This document shows positions 1 to 9,714 of a DNA stretch of 43,558 nt, one piece after another. The position numbers and the translations under genes are program-made. Source of the stretch: Promethearchaeota archaeon (GTDB lineage: Archaea > Asgardarchaeota > Lokiarchaeia > Sigyniarchaeales > SOKP01). The notes beneath the pieces were generated by a model, which saw only the letters and a program-made list of their open reading frames with translations, had not been told where the DNA came from and did not search any database. The stretch lies in the NCBI GenBank assembly GCA_018238625.1, contig JABCSY010000025.1, forward strand, positions 1 through 43,558, in the 5' to 3' direction. Numbering within the stretch: the stretch's first letter is position 1; every line of letters starts with the position of its first letter.

Positions 1-2
1 TT

Positions 3-296
3 ATACTTGGGGGCTATACCGAGGTGTATATAGGCCTTTTAACACTAGCTGGTGCTTTTTTGACTTCTTATACAAGAGCTAAAATTGAAGCCTTAGGCAC
101 TCCAAGCTTATACGGCGTAGGATTATTGGAAAGAACGGATAGAATACCAATTATTTTAATAGGTTCGATTTTGCAAATTTGGTTTCCCACCGCTATCTGG
201 TGGACCATGATTTTTCTTGCTATTGGGACTAATATTACAGCAATTCAACGCATTGTTTACGCCGTTAAGAAGTTTTCAATAAAAAATAGTAAATGA
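3..296 (+). CDS. CDP-alcohol phosphatidyltransferase family protein (archaetidylinositol-phosphate synthase-like), 5'-truncated by window edge
   Basis: Frame is open from base 3. C-terminal family signature SYTRAKIEALG...VGLLERTDR...TAIQRI with hydrophobic helices. Confidence 0.85.
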   Translation: MLGGYTEVYIGLLTLAGAFLTSYTRAKIEALGTPSLYGVGLLERTDRIPIILIGSILQIWFPTAIWWTMIFLAIGTNITAIQRIVYAVKKFSIKNSK

Positions 297-394
297 CCAC
301 TTTTAGATAGAACATATTTAAATAAATCTCTTGTTATAATCTATTAAATTCTATTAAATTTTTAAATTAAGAATTTATAATTAATTGAGAAATT

Positions 395-1390
395 ATGATT
401 GTCTCTGAGATTAACATCAAACTCACTATTGTGGGACTTTGGGGAGTTGGCAAAACCTCAGTAGTAAATAGTTTTGTAGGTAAAGATTTCCCCTCGATGT
501 ACATTCCAACTATAGGGTCAAATATTGCAAGAAAGGAGTATAAATTAAGCGATATTCATATTAGATTGAATATTTGGGATATTGGGGGTCAGAAAAGTTT
601 TAACCCGTTGAATCCAGTATTTTTCAGTAATTTAGATGTAGCTTTTTTGATTTTTGACCTTAGCAACCCTAAAGAATCATTACAAGAAATCAAAAAAACG
701 TATTTAAAAAACTTATCTAATCTTTCTCCAGATTGTATCACCTATTTAATAGGAAACAAATCAGATTTGATAAAACCAGAAGAATTTGAAATTCTTCTAA
801 ACAATATTCGTCAATACCAAATTGAAGGATACCCTATTATTTTCGTGTCAGCGAAGTCTCAAGATAATATTTCCGAGGTATTTTCCTTGGTCGTATTAGA
901 CTTTTTGAAAAAATTAGAAGAAGAAAGCAATGATTTGCAATTCAAAGGAGTTTACGGGCAGTTTCTTGATTTAATTAAGAAAAAAGAGGAAGAATTGCAA
1001 AAATTAATTATAAATTTAGAAGAAATCGATTCAAGTAAGCTTCATAGAATTATAACTCCAAAAGTCATAAAAAAAATTATAAAATCCTCAGAAAATGATA
1101 TTGTCACTCTTAAAGAAATCATTGATTTTAAAAAGATTAACGAAAGCGACATCGATATCAACTTAATTAAAGAAAACATTGTTAATGCATTCGTTAATAA
1201 CATAGCGATGATCTCAGACATAATTAATCATTTAAAGAAAAGTCCAATCGATAAACTTATGGTTAATATCGATAAAACCCTAAATGAGCTAACTCATTTT
1301 AAAAAAGATTTTGAATTAAAACTAGACTCAATATTAAAGCTACAATCAATCGAAGAAGTTAGTAAAATTAAAGGTGGTCAAAATTCCTAA
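395..1390 (+). CDS. Ras-superfamily (Rab-like) small GTPase with ~160-aa C-terminal helical/coiled-coil extension
   Basis: G1 GLWGVGKTS, G2 PTIG, G3 WDIGGQ, G4 NKSD, G5 SAK. K/E/I/L-rich helical tail. Confidence 0.9.
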   Translation: MIVSEINIKLTIVGLWGVGKTSVVNSFVGKDFPSMYIPTIGSNIARKEYKLSDIHIRLNIWDIGGQKSFNPLNPVFFSNLDVAFLIFDLSNPKESLQEIKKTYLKNLSNLSPDCITYLIGNKSDLIKPEEFEILLNNIRQYQIEGYPIIFVSAKSQDNISEVFSLVVLDFLKKLEEESNDLQFKGVYGQFLDLIKKKEEELQKLIINLEEIDSSKLHRIITPKVIKKIIKSSENDIVTLKEIIDFKKINESDIDINLIKENIVNAFVNNIAMISDIINHLKKSPIDKLMVNIDKTLNELTHFKKDFELKLDSILKLQSIEEVSKIKGGQNS

Positions 1391-2054
1391 AAAAGATAAT
1401 AAAATAGAAGAAATCTCCCCTAAGGATTTTCAAAATCTAATTGAACAAACAAAAAAATTAAACAGCGCGATCAATTCGTTGAAAAGCATGCCAAAAAGAA
1501 TAAAAAGTTTAGAAGAACGATTTGATAAAGCTCAAGATAAAATAGATTCGGTAAAAAAAAACTCTGAAACTATTCAAAATTTAACAGATCAAATAAACAA
1601 ATTAGAAATATCTTTAGAATCGGCAGGAAAAGAGATTTCAACGATAAAAAGAAATATCTCGTTAAATCAAGAAAGAATGGAGCAAACTATTAAAACTCAA
1701 GAAGAAATCATCATGGATATGATTAATAAATTTAACGAACAACTACTAATACATAAATCTAAAATGCAAGAAGATGTTGAAACTCTTAAAACTCAACAGG
1801 ATGTTTTGAGAATATCATATACAGTAAACGAAAAGAAACTCATGGATAAAATTAATGCCTCAATAACCAAAGCTTTAAGGAAACTAATTCAAGGAAAAGA
1901 AAACGAATTGCTAATGAAAATTTGGGTTGATGAATTAAAAGAAATAATTGAAAATTTTGAAAACTTGAAGAAATTAAAACCAAAAGAATTTTCCATAAAA
2001 TTAATTGAAATTTCTGACACAATAGAGATATTCAAGCAAAAAATTAAAGGATAG
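1374..2054 (+). CDS. Coiled-coil protein, hypothetical
   Basis: Heptad-rich K/E/Q/I/L composition over the whole length. GTG start overlaps the GTPase 3' end by 17 nt. Confidence 0.75.
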   Translation: MVKIPKKDNKIEEISPKDFQNLIEQTKKLNSAINSLKSMPKRIKSLEERFDKAQDKIDSVKKNSETIQNLTDQINKLEISLESAGKEISTIKRNISLNQERMEQTIKTQEEIIMDMINKFNEQLLIHKSKMQEDVETLKTQQDVLRISYTVNEKKLMDKINASITKALRKLIQGKENELLMKIWVDELKEIIENFENLKKLKPKEFSIKLIEISDTIEIFKQKIKG

Positions 2055-2097
2055 TAATAAAAGTAAAAAAAAATATTATCGTTAAAGTAATAAAAGA

Positions 2098-3249
2098 TTA
2101 TTTTCTCAACCTAGGGGGAGGTACAAAGACTCTCCTCATGCCTTCTAAAAGCAAGATTGCGTCTTCTGGACAAAAATGAGAGCAAACTCCACATCCAATG
2201 CAGAATTCGGATTTAACTCGTGCGATATTATTGTCGTCTAATTCAATAGCGTCTACAGAGCAATATTCTACGCACGTTCCGCATCCCTTGCATAAATCTT
2301 CGTTTACTTGTGCTAGATAATTAGTTGAATTAATCATAGCAGCTAGGCCTAATTTCCACCATTCTATTGTCCCACAACAATCGTTACAGCAATTACATAT
2401 GCTAGTCTCGTCTTTGCTTATATCAGAATGTGGATGAAAGGCTTTATGCACTAGTCCGTCCTCTTCAGAAGCTTTCATTATTTTTAGCGCTTCTTCTTTT
2501 GATACAAAACGAGCAAAACCTTGCTCAGTCACATATTTTGCCGATTTGCCGAAAGTAAAGCAGTTTTCTCTAAGGTCTGTTTGCTTACATGGTTTTCCTA
2601 ATAAATCTCTGTGATGTCTACAAAAACAATGCCCTACTGCGATAACATCGTATTTCTCAATGATTTCCTCGACTTTTTGAATTGGTAAAACTATTTCTTC
2701 AGGAACTTCTATATTTTTATTGATAGAAATGTTTATATCAGCTCCTTGAACGCTTTTGTTTAGATTTGGTACGGTTCTATCGATCGGAAGCATTTTTTCA
2801 AAAACTGGTAAGATCATATCGTAATTTTCTTGTATAAAATCCGCTATTTCGTCAAAATAGACTTCAAACATTTTTGCTATTTTCTTTTCGGTTTCAGAAA
2901 ATTCGATTTTTTTCATAAAAATATATTCGAAAACGCCGACCATTACTATTGGCATTAATCTATAGACCATCAAACCTTTTGAGCTCGGTTGATTAAAAAT
3001 AAATCCTTTTTTAGCTAATGGGGTAATAAACGACAAAATTTGACTTTCCGATAGCTTACTACTTTTTATTAATTGATCCATCGTCTGAGAGGTTTTTCTC
3101 TTAAAAGCGTCGATAAAATTTAATTCCTCCTCTGAAAGGAGTAATTTTAAAATTTCAATCAATGTATCGTTAACCGGGAAAGGGAGCGAGCCTGCCTTTA
3201 TAATTATGTTTGCTGTTTTTTTATATTTTTCTTCTGACATTTTTATCAT
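2098..3249 (-). CDS. 4Fe-4S ferredoxin-domain protein with N-terminal HTH-like region
   Basis: C-terminal CKGCGTCVEYC and CIGCGVCSHFCP, plus CFCR..C..C and ICNCCNDCC clusters. Start may be the second ATG (MSEEKY, 3240). Confidence 0.85.
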   Translation of the reverse strand: MIKMSEEKYKKTANIIIKAGSLPFPVNDTLIEILKLLLSEEELNFIDAFKRKTSQTMDQLIKSSKLSESQILSFITPLAKKGFIFNQPSSKGLMVYRLMPIVMVGVFEYIFMKKIEFSETEKKIAKMFEVYFDEIADFIQENYDMILPVFEKMLPIDRTVPNLNKSVQGADINISINKNIEVPEEIVLPIQKVEEIIEKYDVIAVGHCFCRHHRDLLGKPCKQTDLRENCFTFGKSAKYVTEQGFARFVSKEEALKIMKASEEDGLVHKAFHPHSDISKDETSICNCCNDCCGTIEWWKLGLAAMINSTNYLAQVNEDLCKGCGTCVEYCSVDAIELDDNNIARVKSEFCIGCGVCSHFCPEDAILLLEGMRRVFVPPPRLRK

Positions 3250-3843
3250 TGAAAATTTAATATTATTTTATAATTAATTCGATAACGTTCCTTATAACCT
3301 TTAAACTTTTTTTTCTTTAGTGTTTATATGTTTCAAGAACGATTAAAAATCATAATAACAAATAAACAAAATATAATAAATAAAAACAAATTAAAAACAA
3401 GGAGGATAATATTATGAACAATAACATCAAAGAATCGTTAAAATCTGGAATAATTGGAGCAATTTTTGGAGTTATAATGAGCTTTCTCATGAACTTTTTC
3501 GTAATACCATTTCCAACAGATAATATAATAAACGGAATGAATCATGCTATTAGTGGTTTAATTAGTGGATTTATGGGAGGATTCATGGGTGTGTTAATGT
3601 ATATCAAAATAGCGGTAAAGAAAAATGAGATATAATTAATACCAGGAAAATTAATAATCTAATAGTATATCTTAAAGATAAATGATATATTTTATAAAAG
3701 AAATGTCAATAAAATAGATGCAAAATTAAAAAGAAAGCATATAAATCTCTTACTTATGTAATAATATCTTTAAGCCTTTTTCACTGACATTTTTATCAAT
3801 GCAAATTAAAAGTTTATATGTTTTAAGAAAGAATAAAGATCAT
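3234..3843. repeat. Imperfect duplication of gene-start/promoter blocks: 3234-3260 ~ 3784-3810 and 3322-3353 ~ 3812-3843
   Basis: Hand alignment gives 24/27 and 28/32 identical nt. Confidence 0.8.
3414..3635 (+). CDS. Small Gly-rich two-helix membrane protein
   Basis: AAGGAGG SD just upstream. Two hydrophobic GxxxG-rich helices and a basic tail. Confidence 0.7.
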   Translation: MNNNIKESLKSGIIGAIFGVIMSFLMNFFVIPFPTDNIINGMNHAISGLISGFMGGFMGVLMYIKIAVKKNEI

Positions 3844-3869
3844 TAATTAGAAATTTAGAGGTATTAAAA

Positions 3870-4025
3870 ATGGAAGAATTTTCAAAAAAACCAAATTATG
3901 CTACTGAAGAAGAGATTAATGAAGCGATTGGAAAAATATTATGGGGAAAGGATGGTAAGCCTTTTTCGATGAGACGTTTAATTTTTGCTTATATGAAAAA
4001 GAAAAAGGGAGGTAAAAATAAGTAA
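3870..4025 (+). CDS. Small 51-aa hypothetical protein (not in ORF track)
   Basis: MEEFSKKPNYATEEEINEAIGKILWGKDGKPFSMRRLIFAYMKKKKGGKNK*. GAGGT SD upstream, and TAATG stop/start overlap with the corrinoid gene. Confidence 0.6.
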   Translation: MEEFSKKPNYATEEEINEAIGKILWGKDGKPFSMRRLIFAYMKKKKGGKNK

Positions 4026-4666
4026 TGGGTGCTAAAGAAGAACTTCTCCAAGCAATTGCAGAATTAGAAGAAGAGAAATCTTATACGCTTGTAAAAAAAG
4101 CTCTTGACGAAGGAGTCAATCCAAAGGAAATTATCGATATATTACGCAAAGGAGTAGAAATTGTTGGAGAAAGATTTAATAAAAAAGAATATTTTTTAAC
4201 CGAACTGGTTATGTCCGGCGAAATTTTCCAGCAATCCGCTAAAATTCTTGAAACGGCAATGAAAGAAGGATCCGAAGCGAGTGAGAGTTTAGGAGTTGTT
4301 GTAATAGGAACAGTTAAAGGAGATGTCCACGATATTGGAAAAAATATTTTCGTAACTCTTTTACAAGCAGCAGGTTTTGAAGTTCATGATTTAGGAGTTG
4401 ATATAGCCGCTGAAAAATTTATTAATAAAGTTAAAGAAACTAAAGCAAATATTGTTGCCTATTCAGGATTATTAACCGTAGCGTTAGATTCAATGAAAAA
4501 AACAACTGAAGCTTTAAAGTTGGCTGGATTGAGAGAAGAAGTCAAAATTATTATTGGTGGATTGCCTGTTGATGAAATGTGGATGGAGCAAGCAGGAGCT
4601 GACGCATATACCGATAATGCGTTTAAAGGGGTAAAGATAATAACTGACTGGTTAAAGGAGGGATAA
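4025..4666 (+). CDS. Cobalamin-binding corrinoid protein (MtaC/MtbC/MttC-like)
   Basis: N-terminal cap (GVEIVGERF..EYFLTEL), B12 motif GDVHDIGKN, SGLL and IIIGG. Confidence 0.93.
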   Translation: MGAKEELLQAIAELEEEKSYTLVKKALDEGVNPKEIIDILRKGVEIVGERFNKKEYFLTELVMSGEIFQQSAKILETAMKEGSEASESLGVVVIGTVKGDVHDIGKNIFVTLLQAAGFEVHDLGVDIAAEKFINKVKETKANIVAYSGLLTVALDSMKKTTEALKLAGLREEVKIIIGGLPVDEMWMEQAGADAYTDNAFKGVKIITDWLKEG

Positions 4667-4668
4667 AA

Positions 4669-5820
4669 ATGGAGCCTATTAAAGAAGAACCTATGACTTC
4701 GGTTGAAAGAGTGTTAACAGCAATGGCCTTAAAAGAGCCCGATAGGGTTCCCGTCTGGCCGTTAATAGATTTCCTTCCCATTAATTATTACGATATTACA
4801 GCCCAAGAGATGATCGAGGATCCAGATAAATCACAAGAAGCTTACGAATGGATTTACCATAAGTTAGGTGGTTATGACATTGCCATGGCTGGAGGTGGAA
4901 TGTTTATGCAATACATTAACCCCTTTCCTGATATATTTTCAGCTCTTTATCTTGACTGGAGGTTACCCGGGCGGATGTTGGGTCCAAATGAGCCTCCTCA
5001 ACTCGTTGAACAAAGCCTAGATAATCCCTTTATAACAGAGAAAGATTACGATAAAATTATTGAAAAAGGGCTATTGTGGCTCGGTAATTTCAAAAGAGCT
5101 AGTATGAAAGATATGAAGAAATTGGGTAAAATAGGACCGAAAGTTGCTGAAAATGTAGTTAGATGGTGGACTCATTTTCAAGTTCCTACCTTTACTGATG
5201 GGGTTGGAACAACTCCATTTGATTTATTATCTGTTTTTCGAGGTTCTACTAATTTTATGAAAGATATTTATCGATTCCCAGATAAAATAAAAGAAGTTAG
5301 CGATTTCTTGATTGACAACATGATATTAATGGGAGAATATGGTGCTAAGATGAGTGGTGGTAAAACGCTCTTAATTGGTGGAGCAAGAGCTAGCGCTGAT
5401 TTCATTTCAATAAAACATTTTGAAGAACTTTATTGGCCTTACTTTAAAAAAATGGTAACAAGATATGTAAACGATGGATTTATAGTTCAAATGCATCTCG
5501 ATACGGATTGGACAGATCGATTACACTACTTTAAAGAATTGCCTAAAGGAAAAATATATTTGCATATGGACGAAAGGACAGATATTTTTAAAGCTAAAGA
5601 AATTCTTGGCGATCACATGTGCATACAAGGAAACCTCAAACCTTCATTATTTAGATTAGGAACACCCGCTATGATCGAAAAGCAGGTAAAAGAGATTATT
5701 GACAGATGTGCTGAAGGAGGAGGATTACTTGTTGGAGCTGAAATTCCTGACGACGCAAAACTCGAAAATGTAAAAGCTATGGTTGACACTTGCAAGACAT
5801 ACGGGGTATATAGAAAATAG
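4669..5820 (+). CDS. Uroporphyrinogen-decarboxylase-fold corrinoid methyltransferase family protein
   Basis: MTSVERV...EPDRVPV N-terminus, AKEILGDHMCIQGNL, GGGLL...IP...ENVKAM C-terminus. Starts 2 nt after the corrinoid gene. Confidence 0.85.
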   Translation: MEPIKEEPMTSVERVLTAMALKEPDRVPVWPLIDFLPINYYDITAQEMIEDPDKSQEAYEWIYHKLGGYDIAMAGGGMFMQYINPFPDIFSALYLDWRLPGRMLGPNEPPQLVEQSLDNPFITEKDYDKIIEKGLLWLGNFKRASMKDMKKLGKIGPKVAENVVRWWTHFQVPTFTDGVGTTPFDLLSVFRGSTNFMKDIYRFPDKIKEVSDFLIDNMILMGEYGAKMSGGKTLLIGGARASADFISIKHFEELYWPYFKKMVTRYVNDGFIVQMHLDTDWTDRLHYFKELPKGKIYLHMDERTDIFKAKEILGDHMCIQGNLKPSLFRLGTPAMIEKQVKEIIDRCAEGGGLLVGAEIPDDAKLENVKAMVDTCKTYGVYRK

Positions 5821-6003
5821 ATCGATTAACTTTTATTTTTTTTATAATATTACAGAATTAAAAAAATTGGACTATGAATTTTTTATATAATAATGTTTAT
5901 TCTATTCCTATAATAAGAAATATTATTTTTTAAAATTTAAAATAACATAAACAAATAAATATCCAAATTATCTAAACATAATTAAAAGAAAAGGATTATA
6001 AAA

Positions 6004-6588
6004 ATGTCAGAATCAGATTTAAATATTAGTCTAAAAGGTAATGCAGACGCAGTTTATGCGACTTTAGCCAAACGTAAAGAATTCTTTATCACCGTTCAAA
6101 ATCTTACTGAAAATTATATGCCTCAAGTAAGAGTAAAATTAGCCGTACCCCCCCAGGTTAAATTATTAGTTAAATCAGAATGGTACGGTGGAATTGCAAA
6201 GCATTATAGTAAAAATCGTCTATTTACAATAATGGTTAGAGAGAATGGCGTTTACGAGATAACTGCAACGCTTACGACTAAGAAGGGACACAATATCGCT
6301 TTCCCATTTATAGTTAAAGCTGGAACGACTCAAGCTCAAGCATCTACAAAATCGATATCATTACTTTCCAGACCAAGCGTTGATAAACCAGTTTCAAAAG
6401 TAAATTGCCCTTATTGCCATACAGAAATAAGTCAAGACGCGAAGTTTTGTCCTCACTGTGGGTCAGGTGTAGAAGAAAAGCTAAAAGAAATTCAAGAAAA
6501 AGATTTGTCAGGTAGGCACTGCGTAAATTGTGGTGTAGAACTGCTTGAGGAAGCTAAATTTTGCGCCAAATGTGGTCAAAAAGTTTAA
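6004..6588 (+). CDS. Double zinc-ribbon protein with N-terminal beta-rich domain
   Basis: CPYC-x10-CPHCG and CVNCG-x9-CAKCG. Confidence 0.85.
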   Translation: MSESDLNISLKGNADAVYATLAKRKEFFITVQNLTENYMPQVRVKLAVPPQVKLLVKSEWYGGIAKHYSKNRLFTIMVRENGVYEITATLTTKKGHNIAFPFIVKAGTTQAQASTKSISLLSRPSVDKPVSKVNCPYCHTEISQDAKFCPHCGSGVEEKLKEIQEKDLSGRHCVNCGVELLEEAKFCAKCGQKV

Positions 6589-6669
6589 TGATATAATCAA
6601 TATAAGCAGTTATTCTTGAGAAATTCTTTATTTATGAATATCTTAGCATTCGTGAGTAGTATATCTAAT

Positions 6670-9306
6670 TCAAATTAGTTCAATTAGGAGTTTTTGATTT
6701 TCTCTAATAGAAAATGTTTCTGAAATAGAAATTTCTATGCTCGAATTGTTGCGTATTAATTTTGCGTTTATTACTTTGTCCTCCTTTTCAGTGTCTAATA
6801 TTTTACAATATTTGATTTTATCAAGATTGAGTTTTCCTATAGATTTTAAAAGAATTGATTTAAGACTGAGGTTTCCATAAGAGACACATATAGAAAATTT
6901 TAATCCTCTCTCACTTAGTTCTTGACTCACTTTACCCCAAGCAGTATTAGTAATAAAAAACGATCGAAAATTTGATGGATTTAATCTCGGTGCGAGTAAA
7001 AATTGTTTAAGCTCTACAGAATAAGAGATCCCCGTTAACGCGTGAAGTAAAGTCCACGAAGACATGGGTCTTACATAGTGATCGCCACATTCCACTTCAT
7101 TCCAAGGACTTCTATGTGAACCATCGTATCTTTTTCTAATCGAATTAATAATCTTTAAACCTTCATCAATTCGGTTTGTATAGATACATAATGCGGCAAT
7201 TTCATATTCTAGACCAGTCCATACTTCATCTGTGTAATATGTTGGAACGGTAGGTTTATTTCCATGAGGCCAAGTACAAGTTAATAATCCAGAGTCCGTA
7301 GGTGATGCAAATATCCTTGGAGTTTGGGTTATTCCTTCAAGCGATTCTTTAAAATTGTATTTAATTATTGATTCTATTGCCTTATCCACATGTTCAGTGG
7401 GTAAAATATATCCAAAACCTAAGTGAAACGCCCACCATTGGCCAAATAATTGGTCAGAAAAACATCCAATTCCATATTGATATTCTTTTATTTCAGTTTC
7501 GTCGTATTTTTGGATGTAATATTCACCGTTCCAACATTCTTTATCAAGAATCATTCGACCAGATTCAAATAAATTCCTACATTTGCTAGCCCAATCTTCT
7601 AAATTTAATTTCGTAGCAATTTGTTCACAGGCAAGAAGTGCTACTAAATAAAGCGATCCTATAAATGTATTAACGCCATAAATAGAACAATCGTACGTAT
7701 TAGGTTGAGCACAAGAAATTATGCCATCTAAATTATTGTCGTAATCTTTAAATATATACTCCATTAGTTTTTGAACATTAGGCCAAGATTCCTCTAAGAA
7801 TTTTAAATCGGCGGAGATTAGAAAATCGCGATAGATCTTTAAAATCATTCCAAACATTCCGTCTATAGCAGGAGGGACATCTCCTGGGTCAGGAGTCATT
7901 TCAAATTGTGGTAAGTACAATGGAATAACAGCGCGATGAGGTAAATAACCTAATTTATGTTGAGTCTTAAACTCCGTTGCTCGCATAGTTCTTTCCAGTG
8001 TAGGAAATAGATGTGCTAGGCTAAATTCATAATTCCAAACATGTGTACAGTTTAGAGGGCAACTCCCTCCTGATTTCTTTCCAGTAGAAACTCCGTTGCA
8101 TCCCTCAAATCCGTAAAAAGACCCGTCTCTTACCCAAAAACAAGTTGGAGTCCTAATTGTCGAAAGTGTTGCAGAAATCGAAGTCAATACTTCAGAAGGA
8201 AGCGTACTATAAAAAAAGTCTTCGTGAAACCTAAATGTGTTGTCTAATAGAGATGATCGATTGTTTCTCACATATTCTATAACTCTTATTGAATTGCTAA
8301 ACCACTCGTTATATCGATTCCCTATCCAATATTCCGTTTTCATATCCGGAAATAAAGCATTATTCAAACGCCAATCCATAAAGCGATTTGGAAAGTTCCA
8401 AGCCAAATAAAACGTCATTACTGCTTCTTCATCGGGTTTTAAGATTCTTTTCGATGCTAGGCTTCCTGTATATGTCTTTCCGATTTTACTCGTATCGTTC
8501 TCGCTTGGTTCCATCAAAACTCCTTTTTGCGAAAATTGAGACCAGAAACTTTCAAGATCCTCCCATTGAGTTGATATCATAGCATCAGGTTGGTCAATAG
8601 CTAGCGTTAAGTCACCGTATCGTTTATCGGTTTTGAGAAGTAATTTTGATTTCATATGAATAGCATTCCAATTACCCACACGTTTGTGAATGTTCAAATT
8701 ACCTCCAAATAGAGGGTTAGAATCGCCTCTTAATGTTTTTAGTCCATCCCATCCTATATAATTTAATAAATTTCCTAAAAGAATTACTTCGATATTCTCT
8801 TTAGTAATGTTTTTAACTTGAAATTGGAAAATTATTACAGGCAGTCCTGAGTTTTTTGGATCTAAAGGTATAAACGGATTAAAGGCTGTCAAATTGATCT
8901 CAATTGGGAGCAGAGCATCCTTAAATTGCAAAAATGAAATAGGATATTCGCCGTCAAATTTAATGTCTTCAACTTGAGGTAGCGCATTAAATAATTTTTC
9001 CATTTCTTTACTTATTCTGTGATCCCCAATGGATTTAGCCGGGATAAAATTAGGTCTTTCATGAGGTTTGGAACTAATCAATGCACGTGAAATTATTTTT
9101 TCATCTGAAACATTTAATTGGCGCGTTCTCACGGCAAAAAAACAATTTGGTACATACGAGCGATGATCTATCTGATTATTGATTTGCCATTGTTTTAAAA
9201 GTCCGTCTCCACCTATAGCAATAGAGCCCGTACCTATCCCTCCAAGAGGCATAGCAGAACATCTTAGTTTTCCATCGGTTAGAGTGAGAATCCCTTTAGG
9301 TATCAT
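6670..9306 (-). CDS. GH116 family glycoside hydrolase (non-lysosomal glucosylceramidase/GBA2-like)
   Basis: AMPLGGIGTGSI N-terminus, FYGFEGC, CTHVWNY, QPNTYD, SDQLFGQ, EVWTG, SPWNEVECGDHYVRPMSSW. Confidence 0.9.
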   Translation of the reverse strand: MIPKGILTLTDGKLRCSAMPLGGIGTGSIAIGGDGLLKQWQINNQIDHRSYVPNCFFAVRTRQLNVSDEKIISRALISSKPHERPNFIPAKSIGDHRISKEMEKLFNALPQVEDIKFDGEYPISFLQFKDALLPIEINLTAFNPFIPLDPKNSGLPVIIFQFQVKNITKENIEVILLGNLLNYIGWDGLKTLRGDSNPLFGGNLNIHKRVGNWNAIHMKSKLLLKTDKRYGDLTLAIDQPDAMISTQWEDLESFWSQFSQKGVLMEPSENDTSKIGKTYTGSLASKRILKPDEEAVMTFYLAWNFPNRFMDWRLNNALFPDMKTEYWIGNRYNEWFSNSIRVIEYVRNNRSSLLDNTFRFHEDFFYSTLPSEVLTSISATLSTIRTPTCFWVRDGSFYGFEGCNGVSTGKKSGGSCPLNCTHVWNYEFSLAHLFPTLERTMRATEFKTQHKLGYLPHRAVIPLYLPQFEMTPDPGDVPPAIDGMFGMILKIYRDFLISADLKFLEESWPNVQKLMEYIFKDYDNNLDGIISCAQPNTYDCSIYGVNTFIGSLYLVALLACEQIATKLNLEDWASKCRNLFESGRMILDKECWNGEYYIQKYDETEIKEYQYGIGCFSDQLFGQWWAFHLGFGYILPTEHVDKAIESIIKYNFKESLEGITQTPRIFASPTDSGLLTCTWPHGNKPTVPTYYTDEVWTGLEYEIAALCIYTNRIDEGLKIINSIRKRYDGSHRSPWNEVECGDHYVRPMSSWTLLHALTGISYSVELKQFLLAPRLNPSNFRSFFITNTAWGKVSQELSERGLKFSICVSYGNLSLKSILLKSIGKLNLDKIKYCKILDTEKEDKVINAKLIRNNSSIEISISETFSIRENQKLLIELI

Positions 9307-9714
9307 AAAGCTTGCATTATCCTAATTTTAATTATATTTAGTTTAATTTCTATATTAAAGTTTCGATAGGTGTTTTTAATTATATAATTAATTAAATTCT
9401 CGTTTAAATAGAGTTAGATTAGATAACATTTGACTATTCTTTTTAATCTATTAATAAATTCTCCCCAATCAACCTAATTGGAACTATATATCAAATTAAA
9501 GTATTATAAATCCAAAATATTAATTAAAATTATGAATTTAAACATAATTATCTGATTTTCAACCGATTAGGATTACCTATTAGTATAAAAAACCTAATTG
9601 ATAATATCGTAGTTCATAATTTTACCAGATTGGTTTAAAAGAAGAAGTTGAAGATCTATTTCATAAGGATATTTAATTATAAAAATTGATTTAAGAAATT
9701 AGGAGATAATTATT

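Noticed and set aside
341-360. CTATTAAATT tandem duplicate upstream of the GTPase
   Set aside because: Short AT-only repeat in an AT-rich intergenic region, so not distinguishable from chance.
4025-5820. Evidence of methanogenesis
   Set aside because: No mcr/mtr genes are present and the MtaA Cys ligands are missing. Such pairs are common in non-methanogens.
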